Shown: piece by piece, positions 9,537 through 19,336 of the stretch
Numbering within the stretch: the stretch's first letter is position 1
How the letters are laid out: every line of letters starts with the position of its first letter
The notes under the pieces: model-generated
Seen by the model: the letters and a program-made list of their open reading frames with translations, nothing else
What the model was told of the DNA's origin: nothing
Database searches by the model: none
NCBI GenBank assembly: GCA_019310125.1
Contig: JAFDEW010000004.1
Span: 1 to 35,389 of the forward strand
Direction: 5' to 3'
Source: Deltaproteobacteria bacterium
GTDB taxonomy: Bacteria > Desulfobacterota > Desulfobacteria > Desulfobacterales > UBA11574
Length of the DNA: 35,389 bases
Made by a program: the position numbers and the translations under genes

Positions 9537-10439
9537 ATGACAGAAGGAATTAAAATTCTGCTTGTGGATGACGAAAAACATTTTTTGGAATCATTGACCA
9601 AGCGTTTAAAGAGGAGAAAGCAATATGTCAAGACCGCCGAAAGCGGTTCGGAGGCTTTGGCACAGATGGAAAACGAGTCATTTGATGTGATAATACTCGA
9701 TGTCAAAATGCCGGGCATGAATGGGATTGAAGTCCTGCAGAAGATAAAACGTGGGTTTCCCGATACCGAAGTCATCATGCTTACGGGCCATGCCACAATA
9801 GAATCCGGGCTTGAGGGCGTCCGTTTCGGAGCCTTTGATTACCTGATGAAGCCCACTGATATCGAAATTCTGATGGCCAAACTGGAAGCGGCATACGAGC
9901 ATAAAACCGAAAGGGAACTTAAGATTCACGATGCTGAATTTGAACGCGATCGGGGATTAATCATCGAAGAGATAACCCTGAAAGACGTAATACAGCGCGA
10001 TATCCCAAATGTTTATGCCGATACCTCACTTGCAGATGCGGTGCGAACTTTTAAGAAAAAACCGGGCGCTCCGGTTGCGGAACAGCTCTATGTAATTAAT
10101 GATTCAGAGGAACTTGTTGGAAAAGTGAGACGCAAGCATATCCTCAGGGCGGTGATCCCCATATTTCAAAAAGAAAAAATCATTACCGGGGATGATCTTA
10201 CCTGGAATGAGTTTCTCAAAAAAGGAACAGGCCCTGTGGCCACTATGCCGGTAGGCGAAATTATGAATAAGGAAGTGAAATCTTTGGGCGCTGATGCACA
10301 GATTTTAGAGACGGTGAAGTTTATGATCGATAATAATTTGGCCGTACTTCCGGTTGTGGAAGGGAAAAAATTACTGGGAACCGTTCGGATCTATGATCTC
10401 CTGTTAGTAATCAACGACATTATGGCCGAAGCGCTATAG
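9537..10439 (+). CDS. Response regulator receiver + tandem CBS domain protein
   Basis: LLVDDE, DVKMPG, LTGH, YLMKP. C-terminal CBS pair (LYVIN..LVG, LPVVEGKKLLG). AGGAGG RBS. Confidence 0.9.
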   Translation: MTEGIKILLVDDEKHFLESLTKRLKRRKQYVKTAESGSEALAQMENESFDVIILDVKMPGMNGIEVLQKIKRGFPDTEVIMLTGHATIESGLEGVRFGAFDYLMKPTDIEILMAKLEAAYEHKTERELKIHDAEFERDRGLIIEEITLKDVIQRDIPNVYADTSLADAVRTFKKKPGAPVAEQLYVINDSEELVGKVRRKHILRAVIPIFQKEKIITGDDLTWNEFLKKGTGPVATMPVGEIMNKEVKSLGADAQILETVKFMIDNNLAVLPVVEGKKLLGTVRIYDLLLVINDIMAEAL

Positions 10440-10475
10440 CCAAACGCTTGAGGCTACGCCTAAAGGAGGTAACAC

Positions 10476-11102
10476 ATGGCTGTCATAACCATTTTTGGAT
10501 TATATGCTTCAAAAAAAAGGGGGTTCGGCAAGGCCCTTGCCAAGAAGTTGAACTATGACTACGCGGACAGGGAAATAATTCGCGAGCTGTCCCGTCGCGC
10601 AAATATATCTGAAGAATATGTGGAATCTTATGAAGATGGTCGATTCACAGGACTGATGGAGATTCTTTCCAAGACCGTCAGTATGAATTTCATCAAAAGG
10701 CTTATCGGTGATAGAGCAGGGTATATAGATTCCAAGATTTACTTCAAACTGCTGGAAGAAATTGTCATTTCTCTTGCCAAAAGGGACAATATTGTTATCG
10801 TTGGACGAGGAAGCCATTGTATACTTCAGGGATATGAAAACGCATATTTTATAAAGATTAAATGTGAATGGGAAGACAGGGTCAAAACCGCCGGTAAATT
10901 ACTATCATCGCGAGTTTGCGATGTAGAAGAGTATATCCTTGAACAGGATAAAAAGGAAAAGAAATTCATGGAGTATTTTTACAACGTTGACTGGTTAGAC
11001 CCTTCACTGTTCAGCCTGGAGATAAACCTGAGCCACGTGAGTAGGGAGGAAGCCATACAACAGGTCATTGATCTGATTTCAGCCAAAAAAAATGTTGCAT
11101 AA
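10476..11102 (+). CDS. Cytidylate kinase-like family protein
   Basis: AVITI..ALAKKLNYDYADREII, VIVGRGS, YFYNVDW.DPSLF.L.IN. The P-loop region is degenerate. AGGAGG RBS. Confidence 0.8.
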   Translation: MAVITIFGLYASKKRGFGKALAKKLNYDYADREIIRELSRRANISEEYVESYEDGRFTGLMEILSKTVSMNFIKRLIGDRAGYIDSKIYFKLLEEIVISLAKRDNIVIVGRGSHCILQGYENAYFIKIKCEWEDRVKTAGKLLSSRVCDVEEYILEQDKKEKKFMEYFYNVDWLDPSLFSLEINLSHVSREEAIQQVIDLISAKKNVA

Positions 11103-11140
11103 CGGCTTTGTCAAATCGCGGTGTATTGTTTATCTTTTTC

Positions 11141-11212
11141 TAACTTCTCAATAAGTTCTGGTGTGTTAAATAGTGATATTGAGCCGAATCCGTAATTTAT
11201 TGAGAAGTTACA
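11141..11212. repeat. Small inverted-repeat element
   Basis: TAACTTCTCAATAA ... TTATTGAGAAGTTA. Its right part recurs inverted at 33259-33282. Confidence 0.6.
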
Positions 11213-11332
11213 ATGAACGATTCGATTTTTTTAATAATTGCAATAAGGGATATGCTGTTGTAACATACAGGAAAAGATTGTCGGCGGTGCATGTTTTCAT
11301 TTTATATGTTGATTCATTTTAAGGAACAAAAT

Positions 11333-11602
11333 ATGAAAATTGAGATTAAGAAACCCACAGACAAGGATCTTGAAACTAAAGACATTTTATCCTGGCCCAT
11401 ATGGGAAAAAGAAATTTCTCGCTTCGACTGGCACTATGACAGTACCGAGGAATGCTATCTATTGGAAGGCAAAGTTATTGTTGAAACAAAAGATGGCAAG
11501 ACCGTGGAATTCGGGAAGGGAGATTTTGTTACATTCCCCAAAGGTCTGTCCTGTGTCTGGGATATTAAAGCGCCGGTAAAAAAGCATTACAACTTTAAAT
11601 AA
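11333..11602 (+). CDS. Cupin domain protein (Cupin_3/DUF861-like)
   Basis: WPIWEKE.S.FDWHY...EECYLLEG.V...FGKGDFVTFPKGLSCVWDI. Start moved to ATG 11333 after AAGGA. Confidence 0.88.
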   Translation: MKIEIKKPTDKDLETKDILSWPIWEKEISRFDWHYDSTEECYLLEGKVIVETKDGKTVEFGKGDFVTFPKGLSCVWDIKAPVKKHYNFK

Positions 11603-11737
11603 AATACACCCCGAATATTTCACATACCGAATTTGTCCGAACAAGTCATACTTCTTCCATCCTGACAGTTCATAAAAAAGCCACTTTTCTGACTTTTCCC
11701 CAGCCCATCAACAATTAATATCAGAAATCCTCACATC

Positions 11738-11876
11738 TTTACATACTGTAAAAAATCCTGACATTAATCTATTTTTGCAAACAAGTTTTATAATTCCCTT
11801 CTCCAACATAGTTACCTATATTTTCAATTAGTTATAATAAATTTTTTCGGCAACCTTTATTGGCATAGGTATTGCT
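11738..11876 (+). promoter_or_regulatory. sigma54 promoter unit 2
   Basis: TGTAAAAAATCCTGACA at 11747-11763. IHF-like TTTCAATTAGTTA at about 11822. TGGCATAGGTATTGCT at 11861-11876. Confidence 0.8.
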
Positions 11877-11964
11877 TTTGAACTTATACAAAAGTTAGCT
11901 GCCGAACGCTTAAAACCTAACCCGGACAAACCGGCCTGCGGCTTGGAGAGAACCAAGAAATATT

Positions 11965-12037
11965 TGCCACCAAGGCACAAAGACACGAAGGATTTTATTT
12001 TGTTATTCTTTCTTAGTGTCTTGGTGCCTTAGTGGCA
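11965..12037. repeat. Palindromic element with 8-bp periodic arms
   Basis: TGCCACCAAGGCACAAAGACACGAAG ... CTTAGTGTCTTGGTGCCTTAGTGGCA. Confidence 0.75.
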
Positions 12038-12097
12038 GAATGGAAAAGGTTACAAGGAAAAACGGACTAAATCATTTATCATCAAAAAAGACGACGG

Positions 12098-12478
12098 GTG
12101 GAAAAGAAAATCAAAATATTAGTAGCCGACCGGAATCAGCATGTCCGAGAATTTCTAAAGCGTGAATTGATGGCAGAGGGTTACAGGGTTCGGCTGGCAA
12201 AAAACGTCCAGGAAGTTCTTAAGAAGGTATATCATACCGAAACTCTGGATCTTTTAATCCTGGACCCGGACCTGCCCGGTACCGACAAATTGGCCTTATT
12301 AAAGAAGCTGCAGAATCGGATTCCGGCCCTGCCGGTGGTCGTTCACACGTATCTTGCAGATTATAACGACTACACCAATGAATTGAGTAAACTCGCTTTT
12401 GTGGAAAAGTGCGGCAGCAGTGTTGAAAACCTTAAAAAGATGGTCCATGAAATTTTGCGAAAACACAAAACAAGTTAA
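12098..12478 (+). CDS. Stand-alone atypical receiver-domain protein
   Basis: ILVADRN (DD pair altered), LILDPDLPG, VVHT, FVEK. Confidence 0.82.
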   Translation: MEKKIKILVADRNQHVREFLKRELMAEGYRVRLAKNVQEVLKKVYHTETLDLLILDPDLPGTDKLALLKKLQNRIPALPVVVHTYLADYNDYTNELSKLAFVEKCGSSVENLKKMVHEILRKHKTS

Positions 12479-12573
12479 CAAATTTTTTACTCGGATACTT
12501 AGCAGTGATATCGATTACAATTTGATATCATTTAAAGGTTTTTTAAATGAATTGCCTATAGAGGAATTTTGAC

Positions 12574-14289
12574 ATGACGACGGGTAGCCACAAAAAGGAC
12601 CCATATTATACCTCATTGACCAGAAGAATGATTTTAACCATCATCAGTGTATCATTTGCCCCCATGATCCTGGTCAGCGGCTCAATCCTATATCGGTTCC
12701 ACGTCTCTTATCATGAAAAAGTAGCGGCCCATTTAGAAGAACTGGTGAAAAAACATAAACAGAATATTGACTCTTTTTTAAATGAGAAACTGGGCGAGAT
12801 TCGTTTTCTGGTAAAAAATTCCGAATTTGAAAATCTGTGTAAAGAATCTTACCTGGAACAACAACTGGCAACCCTGCAGCAGGAACTTGATCCTGTATTT
12901 GTAGATCTTGGGATGGTCAATTCCAAAGGGATTCAAATTGCATATGCCGGTCCCTTTAAATTGGGAAAAGCCCAGTACTCGGAATCTGAATGGTTTAAAC
13001 AGGCCATCCAAAGCCAATATTTTATCAGTGACGTTTTCCTGGGCCTGCGGGGTTTGCCTCACTTTATCGTTACGGTGAGAAAAAGCTTCCACGGAGAATA
13101 CTGGATATTTAGAGCAACCATCGACTTTATGGCCTTTAACAATCTGGTGGAAAACGTTCGTATCGGCAAGACCGGATTTGCCTTTATCGTGAATAGAGAA
13201 GGAAAATGCCAGACCAAGCCATGTCTTGACATTATACCCAGTAAAACCAACTACATGAATTTATTAAAAAACGGAAACAGGGATATCGGCAAAATTTATA
13301 TCTTTGAGGCGAAGGACGATATTGGAAAGAAAAATATCTACACGTCGGCTTTTCTCAAAAGCGGTAACTGGATGCTCATATGTCAGCAAAATAAATCAGA
13401 TACCTATTCGGATCTTTACCGCGCTAAAAAGATTGCCGCTTTAATTTTTCTTTTAGGCGGGGTGGGGATTATCACCATGGCGATTTTATTATCCCGAAGA
13501 ATGGTGATCCATATTGCACAAGCAGATCGTGAAAAGGATATGATGAACCTGCAGGTAATCGAAACCGGAAAACTGGCAACCGTAGGTGAACTGGCTGCCG
13601 GTATCGCCCACGAAATCAATAACCCGGTTGCCATTATGGTTGAAGAAGCCGGCTGGATGGAAGATTTGCTGGAAGATGTAGAGGTTACGGAAAATGAAAA
13701 TTTGGAAGAATTCCAAAGAGCGTTGAGGCAGATCAACACCCAGGGAAAACGGTGCAAGGAAATTACCCATAAGTTGCTCAGTTTTGCCAGAAAAACAGAC
13801 TCAAGGATTCAGGTTGTCCTGATGAACGATCTGATCAAAGATGCGATCGGGCTTGCTGAACAAAGTGCCAAGTATAGTAAAATTACCATCAATACAAATT
13901 TTGAAGAAAACATACCTTTCATTCAGGCCTCTCAGACGGAAATTCAGCAAGTTTTTTTAAATCTTATTAATAATGCGGTTGACGCCATGGACAAAAAAGG
14001 CGGCGGCACCATAGACATAACCAGCCGTTTGGAGGGTAACGCCATTGTGATCGATTTTGCGGATAATGGCCCGGGCATCCACCGGAATAATCTTGCCAGA
14101 ATATTCGATCCCTTTTTTACAACCAAACCCGTGGGCAAAGGGACCGGATTAGGGTTGTCTATCTGTTACGGCATTATCAAAAAAATGGATGGGGAGATCC
14201 ATGTGCAAAGTGTTGTCGACGAGGGAACCACATTCAGTATCCGCATCCCCATTCCAAAAGATTTATTAGAGGAATCGTCAATGACTTGA
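12574..14289 (+). CDS. Membrane sensor histidine kinase, Cache-type periplasmic domain (HK1)
   Basis: Two TM segments. H-box AHEINNP, N-box [25 protein letters not shown]. Confidence 0.95.
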   Translation: MTTGSHKKDPYYTSLTRRMILTIISVSFAPMILVSGSILYRFHVSYHEKVAAHLEELVKKHKQNIDSFLNEKLGEIRFLVKNSEFENLCKESYLEQQLATLQQELDPVFVDLGMVNSKGIQIAYAGPFKLGKAQYSESEWFKQAIQSQYFISDVFLGLRGLPHFIVTVRKSFHGEYWIFRATIDFMAFNNLVENVRIGKTGFAFIVNREGKCQTKPCLDIIPSKTNYMNLLKNGNRDIGKIYIFEAKDDIGKKNIYTSAFLKSGNWMLICQQNKSDTYSDLYRAKKIAALIFLLGGVGIITMAILLSRRMVIHIAQADREKDMMNLQVIETGKLATVGELAAGIAHEINNPVAIMVEEAGWMEDLLEDVEVTENENLEEFQRALRQINTQGKRCKEITHKLLSFARKTDSRIQVVLMNDLIKDAIGLAEQSAKYSKITINTNFEENIPFIQASQTEIQQVFLNLINNAVDAMDKKGGGTIDITSRLEGNAIVIDFADNGPGIHRNNLARIFDPFFTTKPVGKGTGLGLSICYGIIKKMDGEIHVQSVVDEGTTFSIRIPIPKDLLEESSMT

Positions 14290-14343
14290 TTTAAAGCGGA
14301 TAACTTCTCAATCTTGATGAGGGGAAAAACCGGTAAATTCGCT

Positions 14344-14363
14344 ATTCCCCCGCAGGCGGGAAC
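14344..14363. repeat. REP-like short palindrome
   Basis: ATTCCCCCGCAGGCGGGAAC, similar in form to the REP arms near 29.25 kb. Confidence 0.4.
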
Positions 14364-14413
14364 CTAAAACAAATTTAGAACGAACAACCAGATTAGATAA
14401 AGGAGAACATAAT

Positions 14414-14845
14414 ATGGCTATTGCAAAAGTACTTTTAGTAGATGATGAAGCTCCATTTGTGGAGACCATGACCAAGCGGTTAACCAAAAGAGCCCTCGAT
14501 ATTATACCGGCGTTTAGCGGAAATGAGGCCCTGAAACGGCTAAAAGAAGACGACAAAATCGAAGTGGTTATACTCGATGTCAAGATGCCGGGCATGGATG
14601 GAATTGAAGCCCTCCAGGAAATCAGGAAGAGATATCCTCTGGTCGAGGTGATCATGCTCACCGGCCATGCCACCGTGGAATCCGCTATTGAAGGGATGAA
14701 GTGGGGCGCCTTTGATTACCTGATGAAACCCTGTGATATCGATCATCTTATTTCCAAGGTATCGGAGGCCGCTGCCAAAAAGAGACAGCATGAAAATAAA
14801 ATCATAGAAGCACGCATGAAGGAGATTACCGGCAGGATGGTCTAG
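14414..14845 (+). CDS. Stand-alone response regulator receiver protein
   Basis: LLVDDE, DVKMPG, LTGH, YLMKP. Short charged C-terminal helix. AGGAG RBS. Confidence 0.93.
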   Translation: MAIAKVLLVDDEAPFVETMTKRLTKRALDIIPAFSGNEALKRLKEDDKIEVVILDVKMPGMDGIEALQEIRKRYPLVEVIMLTGHATVESAIEGMKWGAFDYLMKPCDIDHLISKVSEAAAKKRQHENKIIEARMKEITGRMV

Positions 14846-14943
14846 AGCCGTGGAGCGAACCGACTTCCACGAATAGGTGATCGTTGGAATCCATTTTGAT
14901 CGCTCGGCTAGACTTATGTCTTGTCCGGTTCAGGTAAAGCATT

Positions 14944-15345
14944 ATGTCGGAAAATGAGAAAAAAAAGGCCGATAAAATAAAGCTTCTGCTTGTGGATGAT
15001 GAAAAAGGTTTTGCGAACATCATTGCCAAACGGATGTCTAAACGCGGCATTGATGTCACCGAGGCCTACAGCGGGACTGAAGCGTTACAGGCCATAAGAA
15101 AGGCAGATTTTGACGTGGCCGTCCTGGATCTGAAAATGGAAGATATGGATGGAATTGAAATTCTAAAAATTTTCAAGAAAATGGACCCGGATCTTGCCGT
15201 GATTATGCTGACCGGTCATGGATCCGAAGCCGCGGCCAAAGACGGCATTAAATTCGGAGCTTTTGATTATCTTACCAAACCCTGTGATCTTGAAGAACTT
15301 CTGGAAAAAATCAGGGAGGCATATCAGCAACCCAAACAGATTTGA
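14944..15345 (+). CDS. Stand-alone response regulator receiver protein
   Basis: LLVDDE, DLKMED, LTGH, YLTKP. Confidence 0.93.
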   Translation: MSENEKKKADKIKLLLVDDEKGFANIIAKRMSKRGIDVTEAYSGTEALQAIRKADFDVAVLDLKMEDMDGIEILKIFKKMDPDLAVIMLTGHGSEAAAKDGIKFGAFDYLTKPCDLEELLEKIREAYQQPKQI

Positions 15346-15356
15346 AAGGAGAAAAA

Positions 15357-16937
15357 ATGTTTTTCAAAAGCAAACAGTTCCAACTCGGTTTAGCATTGGC
15401 ACTCGGGATTATTGTTTTTTTATTGCCCAGACCTGAAGGAACCAAATTTAAGATCACCGGTGATCAGGGGCGATTAGTGTTGCAGGACGTAGGCCAGCAC
15501 TTTACCTTAGTTCCCGCTGAAAAGGAAAAGGCCAAAGAATATATCGTGGAAGCCATACATCCCAAAAGCCCTGAATGTACGGCTCAGTTTTTAAAGGATA
15601 CGGCTGCGAAGCTAAACACAGAAGGGGTTGAGGTCGATTATATCAACGGTCTTTCGCCCAGAGGAAAACGGTTTCTGGCAGTGCTGGTGGTGCTTATTTT
15701 TCTCTTTGTGGCCGAACCCATCCCCCTGGAAATTACCGCCATTTGTATCGGCGTGTTTTTGGTGATCATGGGAATCACCGATGTCAAAGGGGCCTGGGCC
15801 CCGTATATGCATCCGGTGGTGGTTTTTATCATGTGCTGTTTAATCTTTGCCATCTCCCTGGATAAAGCCGGGATTACAAAACGGCTCGGGCATTTTATCG
15901 TCAAAAAAGCAGGAACCAGTGTGACCAAGTTCACTTTTATTATTGCCATCAGTTTAGGCATATCTTCCTCTTTTATGCATGATGCCGCGGCATGTGCCAT
16001 TGGCATTATAACCATGCTTCCGTTGATGAAGGCTGCCGGCATTGAACCGCACACAAAAACGGCCAAATTTATGATGCTGTCTCTCCCCTTTGGTTGTTCC
16101 TGCGGCGGCATGGGATCGCTGATCGGCGGGGGACGCTGTATGGTGGCGGCCGCTTTTCTCAAGGAATTTACGGGACTTGAGATTAGCTTTTTCGAATGGA
16201 TAAAGTATGCCATGCCGGCGGCTATTATTTGCGTACCTATAGCAGTTTCCATCGTTTATTTTGTGTTTCGTCCCAATCCCAAGTACAAACTGCCTGTATT
16301 TGATGAGGAAATCGGTCCCTGGACCGCCCTGGAAAAAAAGACGCTCATTATCATCGGGCTGACATTTGCTTTTTGGTTAACCAAGGGATTCCATGGGATT
16401 CACTATTCGGTTACCGGAATGTTAGGTGTTACCTTCCTGGTCCTTTTCGGCATTTTGAAATGGGAACATATTAATGATAATCTGGAATGGGGAACCGCCC
16501 TCTTTATTTTTGGCGGCGGTATTTCCCTGGGTCTGGCCATGGGCTACTCGGGAGCGGCCTCTTATTTTGCCTACCTGTTTTTCCCTCTGGTTCAAGGCGG
16601 GGGCTGGTTGTTGCTGTTTGCCGGCGTAGCCGTTTTCGGGGCTCTGGTTACCAATGCCATGGCCAACGTGGCAGCAGCAGCTCTGATCTTGCCTATTGTG
16701 ATTCCAATGGCCAGGTTGGAGGGCGTCGATCCCACGGTTATCGCGCTGTGTCTTGGAATGGCCACTTCATTTGCCATGCTTTTGGTGATCGGTTGTCCAC
16801 CCAATGCCATTGCATACAGCTATCGATATTTTAAGGCTGCGGATCTCACTAGAGTGGGACTTGTTGCCACACCGATTTTGTTGTTTGTTTTAGTGGTAGT
16901 GGCATCCACATGGTGGAAAATATTGGGGCTGGTATAA
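15357..16937 (+). CDS. DASS/SLC13 family anion transporter (A)
   Basis: Multi-TM protein with EPIPLEIT, ISFFEW, LFIFGGG.SLG, GCPPNAIAY. Start moved to ATG 15357 after AAGGAG. Confidence 0.88.
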   Translation: MFFKSKQFQLGLALALGIIVFLLPRPEGTKFKITGDQGRLVLQDVGQHFTLVPAEKEKAKEYIVEAIHPKSPECTAQFLKDTAAKLNTEGVEVDYINGLSPRGKRFLAVLVVLIFLFVAEPIPLEITAICIGVFLVIMGITDVKGAWAPYMHPVVVFIMCCLIFAISLDKAGITKRLGHFIVKKAGTSVTKFTFIIAISLGISSSFMHDAAACAIGIITMLPLMKAAGIEPHTKTAKFMMLSLPFGCSCGGMGSLIGGGRCMVAAAFLKEFTGLEISFFEWIKYAMPAAIICVPIAVSIVYFVFRPNPKYKLPVFDEEIGPWTALEKKTLIIIGLTFAFWLTKGFHGIHYSVTGMLGVTFLVLFGILKWEHINDNLEWGTALFIFGGGISLGLAMGYSGAASYFAYLFFPLVQGGGWLLLFAGVAVFGALVTNAMANVAAAALILPIVIPMARLEGVDPTVIALCLGMATSFAMLLVIGCPPNAIAYSYRYFKAADLTRVGLVATPILLFVLVVVASTWWKILGLV

Positions 16938-17037
16938 TCCGATGAAGGAGTTCCTAACGTTGATTTTTTTAGAAAACTAACATATAATATGTTAAGATTT
17001 TAATTTGCAACCCGAAATTTTTAACAAAAAAACACAT

Positions 17038-18240
17038 ATGAAAGATATACGCCTTCTTCTTGTTGATGACGAAGATAATTTTCGACAGACTCTCGCCAAA
17101 CGCCTGGCAAAAAAGGGGATTCCTCCCGAGCAGGCCGAAAATGGAGAGAAAGCACTTTCCATTCTTGAAAAAAAAGAGATGGATGTTGTGGTGCTGGACG
17201 TTAAAATGCCCGGTATGGACGGAATCGAGGTCCTTCGCCATATCAAAAAAAAGCATCCCGGGACGGAAGTTATCTTTCTAACCGGTCATGCCGCAACTCA
17301 GGATGGTGTTGATGGAATTAAAAGGGGCGCTTTTGATTATCTCAGCAAACCCATAGAATTCGAACATCTGTTGAGTAAGATCAAACAGGCCTATGATAAG
17401 GTCGTACGGGAAGAAGAAAAGCTCCGGGAAGCCGAATTCAGGAAGAAGATGAGACAGCAAATGGCAACCACTGAAAAATTGGCTTCCCTGGGAACTCTGG
17501 CCGCCGGTGTGGCCCATGAAATTAATAATCCATTGGCCATTATCAATGAATCGGCGGGCTGGCTGAAGCTGATTATAAACAGAGAAGAAATGGCTCAAAT
17601 GCCCCGCAAGCAGGACTTTGAAATGGCCCTGAATAAAATAGAAACGGGCGTGGACAGGGCCAAGAGAATTACCCATCAGCTTTTGGGATTTGCCAAAAAG
17701 GATGATTCCGTCCTTGTTGAAATTAATCTTGGGGATCTGGCCGATGAGGCCGTACAACTGGTACACAGGGAAGCAACCAACAAGGATATTGAAATTGTTC
17801 AGGAAACACAACCTGACATCGGAACGATCTGGAGTGATCCCTACCAGTTACGGCAGGTATTGATTAACCTTTTAAACAATGCCATTCATGCCACCGGATC
17901 CGGAGGCAGAATCACCATCATAATTGAAGCGTTGAACGGAGAAATAAACCTCACCGTTCAGGATAACGGGCAGGGCATACCCAAAGAGAACCTGGATAAA
18001 ATATTCGAGCCGTTTTTCAGTACGAAATCTCCGGGTAAAGGCACGGGTTTGGGGCTGTTTGTTACGCGCGGCATTGTTGAAAAGCTGTGCGGGACTATAA
18101 AGGTGGAAAGCCGCCTAGGTCACGGAACTCGCTTTTGCATCAGGCTGCCGAGATATTGTGAAATAAAAGAGGATCTGGACCAGGATGAACGTATCCCGTT
18201 TTTGGACAATATAGCAAAACACAAAGGTTCAACCCAATAA
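17038..18240 (+). CDS. Soluble hybrid kinase: receiver + HisKA + HATPase
   Basis: N-terminal REC (DDED, DVKMPG, LTGH, SKP), then AHEINNP, NLLNNA, DNGQG, GTGLGL. No TM segment. ATG at 17038. Confidence 0.93.
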   Translation: MKDIRLLLVDDEDNFRQTLAKRLAKKGIPPEQAENGEKALSILEKKEMDVVVLDVKMPGMDGIEVLRHIKKKHPGTEVIFLTGHAATQDGVDGIKRGAFDYLSKPIEFEHLLSKIKQAYDKVVREEEKLREAEFRKKMRQQMATTEKLASLGTLAAGVAHEINNPLAIINESAGWLKLIINREEMAQMPRKQDFEMALNKIETGVDRAKRITHQLLGFAKKDDSVLVEINLGDLADEAVQLVHREATNKDIEIVQETQPDIGTIWSDPYQLRQVLINLLNNAIHATGSGGRITIIIEALNGEINLTVQDNGQGIPKENLDKIFEPFFSTKSPGKGTGLGLFVTRGIVEKLCGTIKVESRLGHGTRFCIRLPRYCEIKEDLDQDERIPFLDNIAKHKGSTQ

Positions 18241-18263
18241 GCTTATAAAGGAGAAAAAAAGAC

Positions 18264-18710
18264 ATGATCAAGATACCAACCAAGGTGCTTTTAGTGGATG
18301 ATGAGAAAGATTTTATTGAAATGCTTTCCTTAAGGTTGACGGAGGTAGGGGAAAAAATTACCGTTGCTTTCAGCGGGCAGGAAGCGCTTGACACATTGGA
18401 AAAAGCCGACATTGATGTGGTCATTCTGGATATTAAGATGCCCGGTATGGATGGTATCGAAACCTTAAGAGAAATAAAGAAGCAATTCCCTCTGGTCGAA
18501 GTCATCATGCTTACCGGACACGGGAGTACCGAAACCGCTGTTGAAGGAATGAAATTAGGCGCTTTTGATTATCTCATGAAGCCGGCGGATTTTGATGATC
18601 TTACTTTGAAGTTGGAAGGGGCCAGAAAGAGAAAAGACGAACAGCAAGAACGGATCAGAAAAGCCGAAGCCAAACTTCTGGTAAGAAAAAGCGGTGGTAT
18701 TTTTTCTTGA
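18264..18710 (+). CDS. Stand-alone response regulator receiver protein
   Basis: LLVDDE, DIKMPG, LTGH, YLMKP. AGGAG RBS. Confidence 0.93.
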   Translation: MIKIPTKVLLVDDEKDFIEMLSLRLTEVGEKITVAFSGQEALDTLEKADIDVVILDIKMPGMDGIETLREIKKQFPLVEVIMLTGHGSTETAVEGMKLGAFDYLMKPADFDDLTLKLEGARKRKDEQQERIRKAEAKLLVRKSGGIFS

Positions 18711-18782
18711 GACTTTTGTTTTTGGCCGGAATTCGCCACTGATTCGTAAGTGTTGTGCTTTTTGTGGAAAGAAACGAATACC

Positions 18783-18834
18783 CATCACGAAAACACGAAA
18801 TTATGTTTATTATTTTTTTCGTGTTTTCGTAATG
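18783..18834. repeat. Palindromic element with 8-bp periodic arms
   Basis: CATCACGAAAACACGAAA ... TTTCGTGTTTTCGTAATG. Confidence 0.65.
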
Positions 18835-18978
18835 AAAAAATTTAGTTTGGGATTTTCAGAGTTAGACGATAACAAAAATATATGCCTTACTAAAATTCCT
18901 TTATGAATACCTGCTCGGCAGCCAACTCCATGACTCCATCATCAAAGGTGCGCCGTCAGCATTCCATATTTTTATTTC

Positions 18979-19114
18979 TTTACACTGTGTAAATAATTCT
19001 GACATATATTTTTTTCCGGCAAACTTCCCGACACACCAATTTCCAAAATAATCCTATATTTTTAAAGAGTTATCCAATATTGCTTGTTGCTTATTTTTTG
19101 GCACATTCATTGCT
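18979..19114 (+). promoter_or_regulatory. sigma54 promoter unit 3
   Basis: TGTAAATAATTCTGACA at 18988-19004. TGGCACATTCATTGCT at 19099-19114. Confidence 0.82.
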
Positions 19115-19192
19115 GTAAGTTATCTTTACCCTTAGATTGTTTTTTCACAATCAGCGTGAAGAATTTCGAATGAAAGATAAAAGATCATCCCA

Positions 19193-19336
19193 ATTTCCAA
19201 AAGGATGTCCAAAAAAAACATTGATGTAACCAAAGCATATAGCGGCACTGAGGCTTTGCAGATGCTGAGAAAAGCGAATTTTGATGTGGTGGTCCTGGAT
19301 TTGAAAATACAGGAAGCTGTTCAATCAGGGAGGTGA
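19193..19336 (+). pseudogene. Receiver-domain remnant, paralog of 14944-15345 (43-aa ORF from ATG 19205)
   Basis: ISKRMSKKNIDVTKAYSGTEALQMLRKANFDVVVLDLK-IQEA aligns with IAKRMSKRGIDVTEAYSGTEALQAIRKADFDVAVLDLK...IREA. N-terminal and internal deletions. Confidence 0.75.
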
